The notes under the pieces were generated by a model, which was not told the origin of the DNA, did not search any database, and saw only the letters and a program-made list of their open reading frames with translations. Shown here one piece after another: positions 52,001 through 64,000 of a stretch of DNA of 64,000 nt. Numbering within the stretch: position 1 is the first letter of the stretch; every line of letters begins with the position of its first letter. The stretch comes from Nemertoderma westbladi (taxonomy: Eukaryota; Animalia; Xenacoelomorpha). The translations under genes were made by a program, and so were the position numbers. The DNA is taken from NCBI GenBank assembly GCA_032718475.1, contig JAUCBJ010009136.1, positions 124,001 to 188,000 on the forward strand, written 5' to 3'.

Positions 52001-55000
52001 ATATTATTACAGCCATTGACATATTATTACAACCTTGGACATATTATTACAGCCATTAACATATTATTACAGCCATTGACATATTATTACAGCCATTGAC
52101 ATATTATTACAGCCATTAACATATTATTACAGCCATTGACATATTATTACAGCCATTGACATATTATTACAGCCTTGGACATATTATTACAGCCATTGAC
52201 ATATTATTACAGCCTTGGACATATTATTACAGCCATTGACATATTATTACAACCTTGGACATATTATTACAGCCATTGACATATTATTACAGCCATTGAC
52301 ATATTATTACAGCCTTGGACATATTATTACAGCCATTGACATATTATTACAGCCGTGGACATATTATTACAACCTTGGACATATTATTACAGCCATTAAC
52401 ATATTATTACAGCCATTGACATATTATTACAACCTTGGACATATTATTACAGCCATTAACATATTATTACAGCCATTGACATATTATTACAGCCATTAAC
52501 ATATTATTACAGCCATTGACATATTATTACAGCCATTGACATATTATTACAGCCTTGGACATATTATTACAGCCATTGACATATTATTACAGCCTTGGAC
52601 ATATTATTACAGCCATTGACATATTATTACAACCTTGGACATATTATTACAGCCATTGACATATTATTACAGCCTTGGACATATTATTACAGCCATTGAC
52701 ATATTATTACAGCCTTGGACATATTATTACAGCCATTGACATATTATTACAACCTTGGACATATTATTACAGCCATTAACATATTATTACAGCCATTGAC
52801 ATATTATTACAGCCATTGACATATTATTACAGCCATTGACATATTATTACAGCCTTGGACATATTATTACAGCCATTGACATATTATTACAGCCTTGGAC
52901 ATATTATTACAGCCATTGACATATTATTACAGCCATTGACATATTATTACAGCCATTAACATATTATTACAGCCATTGACATATTATTACAGCCATTAAC
53001 ATATTATTACAGCCATTGACATATTATTACAGCCATTGACATATTATTACAGCCATTGACATATTATTACAGCCTTGGACATATTATTACAGCCATTGAC
53101 ATATTATTACAGCCTTGGACATATTATTACAGCCATTGACATATTATTACAGCCATTGACATATTATTACAGCCTTGGACATATTATTACAGCCATTAAC
53201 ATATTATTACAGCCATTGACATATTATTACAGCCATTGACATATTATTACAGCCATTGACATATTATTACAGCCTTGGACATATTATTACAGCCATTGAC
53301 ATATTATTACAGCCATTAACATATTATTACAGCCATTGACATATTATTACAGCCATTGACATATTATTACAGCCATTGACATATTATTACAGCCTTGGGC
53401 ATATTATTACAGCCATTGACATATTATTACAGGCCGGACATATTATTACAGCCATTGACATATTATTACAGCCTTGGACATATTATTACAGCCATTGACA
53501 TATTATTACAGCCATTGACATATTATTACAGCCGTGGACATATTATTACAGCCATTAACATATTATTACAGCCATTGACATATTATTACAGCCATTGACA
53601 TATTATTACAGCCATTGACATATTATTACAGCCGTGGACATATTATTACAGCCATTAACATATTATTACAGCCATTGACATATTATTACAGCCATTGACA
53701 TATTATTACAGCCATTGACATATTATTACAGCCATTAACATATTATTACAGCCATTGACATATTATTACAGCCATTGACATATTATTACAGCCATTGACA
53801 TATTATTACAGCCATTAACATATTATTACAGCCATTGACATATTATTACAGCCATTGACATATTATTACAGCCATTGACATATTATTACAGCCTTGGACA
53901 TATTATTACAGCCATTGACATATTATTACAGCCTTGGACATATTATTACAGCCATTGACATATTATTACAACCTTGGACATATTATTACAGCCATTAACA
54001 TATTATTACAGCCATTGACATATTATTACAGCCATTGACATATTATTACAGCCATTGACATATTATTACAGCCTTGGACATATTATTACAGCCATTGACA
54101 TATTATTACAGCCGTGGACATATTATTACAACCTTGGACATATTATTACAGCCATTAACATATTATTACAGCCATTGACATATTATTACAACCTTGGACA
54201 TATTATTACAGCCATTAACATATTATTACAGCCATTGACATATTATTACAGCCATTGACATATTATTACAGCCATTAACATATTATTACAGCCATTGACA
54301 TATTATTACAGCCATTGACATATTATTACAGCCTTGGACATATTATTACAGCCATTGACATATTATTACAGCCTTGGACATATTATTACAGCCATTGACA
54401 TATTATTACAACCTTGGACATATTATTACAGCCATTGACATATTATTACAGCCATTGACATATTATTACAGCCTTGGACATATTATTACAGCCATTGACA
54501 TATTATTACAGCCGTGGACATATTATTACAACCTTGGACATATTATTACAGCCATTAACATATTATTACAGCCATTGACATATTATTACAACCTTGGACA
54601 TATTATTACAGCCATTAACATATTATTACAGCCATTGACATATTATTACAGCCATTAACATATTATTACAGCCATTGACATATTATTACAGCCATTGACA
54701 TATTATTACAGCCTTGGACATATTATTACAGCCATTGACATATTATTACAGCCTTGGACATATTATTACAGCCATTGACATATTATTACAACCTTGGACA
54801 TATTATTACAGCCATTGACATATTATTACAGCCATTAACATATTATTACAGCCATTGACATATTATTACAGCCATTGACATATTATTACAGCCATTGACA
54901 TATTATTACAGCCTTGGGCATATTATTACAGCCATTGACATATTATTACAGGCCGGACATATTATTACAGCCATTGACATATTATTACAGCCTTGGACAT

Positions 55001-58000
55001 ATTATTACAGCCATTGACATATTATTACAGCCATTGACATATTATTACAGCCGTGGACATATTATTACAGCCATTAACATATTATTACAGCCATTGACAT
55101 ATTATTACAGCCATTGACATATTATTACAGCCATTGACATATTATTACAGCCGTGGACATATTATTACAGCCATTAACATATTATTACAGCCATTGACAT
55201 ATTATTACAGCCATTGACATATTATTACAGCCATTGACATATTATTACAGCCATTAACATATTATTACAGCCATTGACATATTATTACAGCCATTGACAT
55301 ATTATTACAGCCTTGGACATATTATTACAGCCATTGACATATTATTACAGCCTTGGACATATTATTACAGCCATTGACATATTATTACAACCTTGGACAT
55401 ATTATTACAGCCATTAACATTATTACAGCCATTGACATATTATTACAGCCATTGACATATTATTACAGCCATTGACATATTATTACAGCCATTGACATAT
55501 TATTACAGCCTTGGACATATTATTACAGCCATTGACATATTATTACAGCCATTGACATATTATTACAGCCATTGACATATTATTACAGCCATTAACATAT
55601 TATTACAGCCATTAACATATTATCACAGCCATTGACATATTATTACAGTCATTGACATATTATTACAGCCATTAACATATTATTACAGCCATTGACATAT
55701 TATTACAGCCATTGACATATTATTACAGCCATTGACATATTATTACAGCCTTGGGCATATTATTACAGCCATTGACATATTATTACAGGCCGGACATATT
55801 ATTACAGCCATTGACATATTATTACAGCCTTGGACATATTATTACAGCCATTGACATATTATTACAGCCATTGACATATTATTACAGCCGTGGACATATT
55901 ATTACAGCCATTAACATATTATTACAGCCATTGACATATTATTACAGCCATTGACATATTATTACAGGCCGGACATATTATTACAGCCATTAACATATTA
56001 TTACATCCATTGACATATTATTACAGCCATTGACATATTATTACAGCCGTGGACATATTATTACAGCCATTAACATATTATTACAGCCATTGACATATTA
56101 TTACAGCCATTGACATATTATTACAGCCATTGACATATTATTACAGCCATTGACATATTATTACAGCCGTGGACATATTATTACAGCCATTGACATATTA
56201 TTACAGCCATTGACATATTATTACAGCCTTGGACATATTATTACAGCCATTGACATATTATTACAGCCTTGGACATATTATTACAGCCATTGACATATTA
56301 TTACAACCTTGGACATATTATTACAGCCATTGACATATTATTACAACCTTGGACATATTATTACAGCCATTAACATTATTACAGCCATTGACATATTATT
56401 ACAGCCATTGACATATTATTACAGCCATTGACATATTATTACAGCCATTGACATATTATTACAGCCTTGGACATATTATTACAGCCATTGACATATTATT
56501 ACAGCCATTGACATATTATTACAGCCATTGACATATTATTACAGCCATTAACATATTATTACAGCCATTAACATATTATCACAGCCATTGACATATTATT
56601 ACAGTCATTGACATATTATTACAGCCATTAACATATTATTACAGCCATTGACATATTATTACAGCCATTGACATATTATTACAGCCATTGACATATTATT
56701 ACAGCCTTGGGCATATTATTACAGCCATTGACATATTATTACAGGCCGGACATATTATTACAGCCATTGACATATTATTACAGCCTTGGACATATTATTA
56801 CAGCCATTGACATATTATTACAGCCATTGACATATTATTACAGCCGTGGACATATTATTACAGCCATTAACATATTATTACAGCCATTGACATATTATTA
56901 CAGCCATTGACATATTATTACAGGCCGGACATATTATTACAGCCATTAACATATTATTACAGCCATTGACATATTATTACAGCCATTGACATATTATTAC
57001 AGCCGTGGACATATTATTACAGCCATTAACATATTATTACAGCCATTGACATATTATTACAGCCATTGACATATTATTACAGCCATTGACATATTATTAC
57101 AGCCATTGACATATTATTACAGCCGTGGACATATTATTACAGCCATTGACATATTATTACAGCCATTGACATATTATTACAGCCTTGGACATATTATTAC
57201 AGCCATTGACATATTATTACAGCCTTGGACATATTATTACAGCCATTGACATATTATTACAGCCGTGGACATATTATTACAACCTTGGACATATTATTAC
57301 AGCCATTAACATATTATTACAGCCATTGACATATTATTACAACCTTGGACATATTATTACAGCCATTAACATATTATTACAGCCATTGACATATTATTAC
57401 AGCCATTGACATATTATTACAGCCATTAACATATTATTACAGCCATTGACATATTATTACAGCCATTGACATATTATTACAGCCTTGGACATATTATTAC
57501 AGCCATTGACATATTATTACAGCCTTGGACATATTATTACAGCCATTGACATATTATTACAACCTTGGACATATTATTACAGCCATTGACATATTATTAC
57601 AGCCTTGGACATATTATTACAGCCATTGACATATTATTACAGCCTTGGACATATTATTACAGCCATTGACATATTATTACAACCTTGGACATATTATTAC
57701 AGCCATTAACATATTATTACAGCCATTGACATATTATTACAGCCATTGACATATTATTACAGCCATTAACATATTATTACAGCCATTGACATATTATTAC
57801 AGCCATTGACATATTATTACAGCCTTGGACATATTATTACAGCCATTGACATATTATTACAGCCTTGGACATATTATTACAGCCATTGACATATTATTAC
57901 AACCTTGGACATATTATTACAGCCATTAACATTATTACAGCCATTGACATATTATTACAGCCATTGACATATTATTACAGCCATTGACATATTATTACAG

Positions 58001-60690
58001 CCATTGACATATTATTACAGCCTTGGACATATTATTACAGCCATTGACATATTATTACAGCCATTGACATATTATTACAGCCATTGACATATTATTACAG
58101 CCATTAACATATTATTACAGCCATTAACATATTATCACAGCCATTGACATATTATTACAGCCATTGACATATTATTACAGCCTTGGACATATTATTACAG
58201 CCTTGGACATATTATTACAGCCATTGACATATTATTACAGCCATTGACATATTATTACAGCCATTGACATATTATTACAGCCATTGACATATTATTACAG
58301 CCATTGACATATTATTACAGCCATTAACATATTATTACAGCCATTGACATATTATTATTATTATTATATTATTATTATTATCTTTTAATCCACGCCATTA
58401 AGGCACATAGTAAAAATAAGTACATAATTAAATTGGACAATATTGAATACACAGGTAGATGAGTCTAAATAATATGGAGTACATGAAAAGCATAAGTAAG
58501 TAAGATTATTAACTATTAGCACAGCACAACTATATTACAGTAATTAGTGTTATTTTACGTAATTTAAGTTCAACATTTCACGAATACGCGAAACGCCATG
58601 TTGGCGACAGATAACAGACACACCCCGTAGGATGCTATTGTCAATGTTGTTGCAGCCATTGACATATTATTACAGCCATTGACATATTATTACAGCCATT
58701 AACATATTATTACAGCCATTGACATATTATTACAGCCATTGACATATTATTACAGCCATTGACATATTATTACAGCCTTGGACATATTATTACAGCCATT
58801 GACATATTATTACAGCCTTGGACATATTATTACAGCCATTGACATATTATTACAACCTTGGACATATTATTACAGCCATTAACATATTATTACAGCCATT
58901 GACATATTATTACAGCCATTGACATATTATTACAGCCATTGACATATTATTACAGCCTTGGACATATTATTACAGCCATTGACATATTATTACAGCCGTG
59001 GACATATTATTACAACCTTGGACATGTTATTACAGCCATTAACATATTATTACAGCCATTGACATATTATTACAACCTTGGACATATTATTACAGCCATT
59101 AACATATTATTACAGCCATTGACATATTATTACAGCCATTGACATATTATTACAGCCATTAACATATTATTACAGCCATTGACATATTATTACAGCCATT
59201 GACATATTATTACAGCCTTGGACATATTATTACAGCCATTGACATATTATTACAGCCTTGGACATATTATTACAGCCATTGACATATTATTACAACCTTG
59301 GACATATTATTACAGCCATTGACATATTATTACAGCCATTGACATATTATTACAGCCTTGGACATATTATTACAGCCATTGACATATTATTACAGCCGTG
59401 GACATATTATTACAACCTTGGACATATTATTACAGCCATTAACATATTATTACAGCCATTGACATATTATTACAACCTTGGACATATTATTACAGCCATT
59501 AACATATTATTACAGCCATTGACATATTATTACAGCCATTGACATATTATTACAGCCATTAACATATTATTACAGCCATTGACATATTATTACAGCCATT
59601 GACATATTATTACAGCCTTGGACATATTATTACAGCCATTGACATATTATTACAGCCTTGGACATATTATTACAGCCATTGACATATTATTACAACCTTG
59701 GACATATTATTACAGCCATTGACATATTATTACAGCCTTGGACATATTATTACAGCCATTGACATATTATTACAGCCTTGGACATATTATTACAGCCATT
59801 GACATATTATTACAACCTTGGACATATTANNNNNNNNNNNNNNNNNNNNNNNNNNNNNNNNNNNNNNNNNNNNNNNNNNNNNNNNNNNNNNNNNNNNNNN
59901 NNNNNNNNNNNNNNNNNNNNNNNNNNNNNTTATTACAGCCATTGACATATTATTACAGCCATTAACATATTATTACAGCCATTGACATATTATTATAGCC
60001 ATTGACATTTTATTACAGCCATTGACATATTATTACAGGCCGGACATATTATTACAGCCATTGACATATTATTACAGCCTTGGACATATTATTACAGCCA
60101 TTGACATATTATTACAGCCATTAACATATTATTACAGCCGTTGACATATTATTACAGCCTTGGACATATTATTACAGTCATTGACATATTATTACAGCCA
60201 TTAACATATTATTACAGCCGTTGACATATTATTACAGCCTTGGACATATTATTACAGTCATTGACATATTATTACAGTCATTGACATATTATTACATCCA
60301 TTAACATATTATTACAGCCATTGACATATTATTACAGCCATTGACATATTATTACAGCCATTAACATATTATTACAGCCATTGACATATTATTATAGCCA
60401 TTGACATTTTATTACAGCCATTGACATATTATTACAGCCATTGACATATTATTACAGTCATGGACATATTATTACAGCCTTGGACATATTATTACAGCCA
60501 TTGACATATTATTACAGTCATTGACATATTATTACAGCCATTGACATATTATTACAGCCATTGACATATTATTACAGCCATTAACATATTATTACAGCCT
60601 TGGACATATTATTACAACCATTAACATATTATCACAGCCATTGACATATTATTACAGCCATTGACATATTATTACAGCCATGGACATATG
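49001..60690. repeat. 20-bp satellite gacatattattacagccatt, ~11.7 kb, with higher-order structure and an assembly gap
   Basis: Period of 20 bp. The variant pattern repeats at a 2159-bp offset (51236/53395, 51896/54055, 52215/54374). Ns occupy 59830-59929. Confidence 0.97.
58358..58650 (-). mobile_element. ~300-bp insertion, probable retroposon 3' end with (TAA)n tail
   Basis: Unique sequence inside the 20-bp array, beginning with an (att)n run fused to the unit's attatt. Confidence 0.5.
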
Positions 60691-60969
60691 TATTTGGCGA
60701 ATAAAATCAAAATAAAAGCTTAACGAGACACACAATTTGTCACCATGAATTGATCCTTCGAAAATGTTGTTAGTGTATACTTCTCATCTCATCTCATACT
60801 TTGGTTAAGTTTTTTTGTTTTTTTTTGGCCGGTTATCCGAGTTTTCACCCATTCATTTTGTTAATGATAGATTACAGTAATTGTAGGTAATCCAAAGGTC
60901 GAAAAAATTGTATCACGTTTAAGCAGACAAACGTAATAATATTAGTACAAACGAAGAAACTAATCCATT

Positions 60970-62240
60970 TTAATCAGCTGGGTTGATTAGGCTAGGTGGG
61001 TTAATCAGCTGGGTTGATTAGGCTGGGTGGGTTAATCAGCTGGGTTGATTAGGCTAGGTGGGTTAATCAGCTGGGTTGATTAGGCTCGGTGGGTTAATTA
61101 GCTGGGTTGATTAGGCTCGGTGGCTTAATCAGCTGGGTTGATGAGGCTGGGTGGGTTAATCAGCTGGGTTGATTAGGATCGGTGGGTTCATCATTTGGGT
61201 TGACTGGGCTCGGTGGGTTAATCAGCTGGGTTGATGAGGCTGGGTGGGTTAATCAGCTGGGTTGATTAGGCACGGTGAGTTAATCAGCTGGGTTGATTAT
61301 GCTCGGTGGGTTAATCAGCTGGGTTGATTAGGCTCGGTGGGTTAATCAGCTGGGATGATTAGGCTCGGTGGGTTAATTAGCTGGGTTGATTAGGCTCGGT
61401 GGCTTAATCAGCTGCGTTGATGAGGCTGGGTGGGTTAATCAGCTGGGTTGATTAGGATCGGTGGGTTCATCATTTGGGTTGACTGGGCTCGGTTGGTTAA
61501 TCAGCTGGGTTGATTAGGCTGGGTGGGTTAATCAGCTGGGTTGATTAGGCTCGGTGAGTTAATCAGCTGGGTTGATTAGGCTCGGTGGGTTAATCAGCTG
61601 GGTTGAAGAGGCTGGGTGGGTTAATCAGCTGGGTTGATTAGGATCGGTGGGTTCATCATGTGGGTTGACTGGGCTCGGTGGGTTAATCAGCTGGGTTGAT
61701 TAGGCTGGGTGGGTTAATCAGCTGGGTTGATTAGGCTCGGTGGGTTAATAAGCTGGGATGATTAGGCTCGGTGGGTTAATCAGCTGGGTTGATTAGGATC
61801 GGTGGGTTCATCATTTGGGTTGACTGGGCTCGGTTGGTTAATCAGCTGGGTTGATTAGGCTGGGTGGGTTAATCAGCTGGGTTGATTAGGCTCGGTGAGT
61901 TAATCAGCTGGGTTGATTAGGCTCGGTGGGTTAATCAGCTGGGTTGATGAGGCTGGGTGGGTTAATCAGCTGGGTTGATTAGGATCGGTGGGTTCATCAT
62001 GTGGGTTGACTGGGCTCGGTGGGTTAATCAGCTGGGTTGATTAGGCTGGGTGGGTTAATCAGCTGGGTTGATTAGGCTCGGTGGGTTAATAAGCTGGGAT
62101 GATTAGGCTCGGTGGGTTAATCAGCTGGGTTGATTAGGCTCGGTGGGTTAATCAGCTGGGTTGATTAGGCTCGGTGGGTTAATCAGCTGGGTTGATTAGG
62201 CTGGGTGGGTTAATCAGCTGGGTTGATTAGGCTAGGTGGG
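60970..62240. repeat. 31-bp minisatellite ttaatcagctgggttgattaggctcggtggg, about 41 copies
   Basis: Period of 31 bp (60970, 61001...). Confidence 0.95.
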
Positions 62241-64000
62241 AAAAACTTCCCTCCTGGAAGAATACAAGGATGTGTTCGACTGTAAGGGGACATTAAAGCC
62301 CATGGTTGGGCCCCCAATGAAAATCGAGCTGGTAGATGGCGCAGTCCCGTTCTGTCTAAACGCGCCGCGTTCCATCCCCATCCCCTACCGCGAAAAGGCG
62401 AAGGCGGAAATCGAACAGATGATAAGGAAGGGGGTTATCGAGCGTATTGGGGACAGGCCCGTGGAATGGAGCCATCCCATTGTGGTTACTAATAAACCGG
62501 GGAGACCTGGGGAAATTAGAATGACTGTTGACCTCACAAAACTCAATAGCCAGGTCAAGTGAACAATCCACACTGCGCCGCCCCCCAACAGCCTTGTTTT
62601 CGACCGCACCCCGGGAGCCAATGTGTTCACCGTTCTCGACGCCAAATCGGGATATTGGCAAATCGAACTCGCGGAAGAATCGCGTGATCTGACGACGTTT
62701 ATCACTCCGTGGGGCCGATATCGGTACTGCCGGGCGCCTATGGGCTTCATCAGCTCAGGGGATAGTTTTAACTACCGCGGCGATCTTGCGCTGAACGGGC
62801 TGCCCCAGGTAAAGAAAATTGTAGACGATATTCTGGTGGAGGATACAAACATTGACGATCATCACGCGCGTGTTAAACAGGTCCTCGACCATTGCCGTGA
62901 CAACGGTATCACGCTAAATCCGGAAAAACTCCAATATGCGCAGCCAAGCGTTCGCTTCGCCGGGTACATATTGAACGGCGAAGGGGTAGCGGTGGACCCA
63001 AACAAAGTCAGAGCTATCAGCCAGTATCCGACCCCGCTAAATATCACAGACTTGCGAAGTTTTATGGGGCTGGTCAACCAGCTGGGGTACTTCTCAAGCG
63101 AGATTTCAACTACGGCATCACCCCTGCGAGACCTACTACGCGTACGTAACGCATTTGTATGGACAAGAAATCACGAAGATGCTTTTAACGCCACTAAGGC
63201 GGCTCTCGTGAGTCCTCCTGTGCTGGCGTCATTCGACGCCAGTTTACCGACTCGCCTCGAGACAGACGCGAGTCGCCTCCACGGTCTCGGGTACGATCTA
63301 CTCCAACGCCATAATGACGACTGGCGACTTGTCGCATGCGGGAGTAGATTCCTAACGGACCCGGAGACGCGTTACGCCACCATCGAGTTGGAGTGCATAG
63401 CGATACAATACGCGATAAAAAAATGCCGTATCTACTTGGCCGGATTACCGACGTTCACCGTCGTGACAGATCACCGACCACTCCTTGCAATTTTTAACTC
63501 GTATAACCTCGACCAAGTCGAGAACAGGAAAATTCAGAAAATGAAAGCGGAATTACAATCCTGTTATACTTTCACCGTCGCCTGGCAGAAGGGGAAGATT
63601 CACCGGATTGCCGATGCGTTGAGCCGGGCTCCCGTAGACCCCGCTCCAGACGACCCCGAGGACGAAACGCCACCCATTGTGGCAGCGATTGCGGCAAAAC
63701 TCCAACATGAGGAAACTTTGCATTCCTCGGAAGTGGTTAATAAACCCGCTCAAAGTGCACCACTCGCGCCGGACTCACACGATGAACTCGTGGAGGAACT
63801 GCGGGCAGCAGCGCGCGAGGATCCGGAGTACCGTGAACTCGTGGAGTGCATACGAACCGGCAACCGTAATGTTCGCACAACGCCGGCAGTGCAGCAACAC
63901 GAGGTCGAAGTATATCGACAGTGTCGATATACTTCGACCTCGTGTTATACGGCGATAGGCTGGTGATACCCACCGCCAGTCGAGATGAGATCCTGCGGAA
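62241..64000 (+). mobile_element. Gypsy pol fragment (RT-RNase H), 5' part missing, related to element 2
   Basis: Motifs WSHPIVV, LDAKSGYWQI, IVDD, ETDASR and TDHRPL. There is a stop at 62560 and disruption near 63900. No LTR or gag lies upstream. Confidence 0.92.

Noticed and set aside
59830-59929. Run of 100 N
   Set aside because: This is an assembly gap, not a biological feature. Array length and contiguity beyond it are uncertain.
51236-59965. Repeated ILLQPLTYYY ORFs
   Set aside because: These are translations of the 20-bp satellite, useful only as markers of higher-order repeats.

Overview
Eukaryotic (animal-like) genomic DNA. It holds six + strand coding exons of a myosin VI motor domain (12316-47907, all GT-AG and phase-compatible), spread across very large introns. 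The introns contain about a dozen tandem-repeat arrays and many retroelements: three Gypsy LTR elements or fragments, a degenerate BEL/Pao-derived element, two CR1/L2-group LINE pieces, three RTE-like LINE pieces and a foldback MITE. The most striking pattern is that four of the six exons have one splice junction tandemly amplified. Exon A has 14 donor copies on a 102-bp in-frame unit, followed by about 190 copies on a 38-bp unit. Exon C has 28 acceptor copies on a 61-bp unit. Exon E has 40 donor copies on an 80-bp unit, and exon F has 3 donor copies on a ~95-bp unit. The class-VI-specific insert 1 is not found, and the in-frame 102-bp donor array sits exactly where it would be. Family assignments come from recognising motifs by eye, with no database search. 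There is a 100-N assembly gap at 59830-59929.
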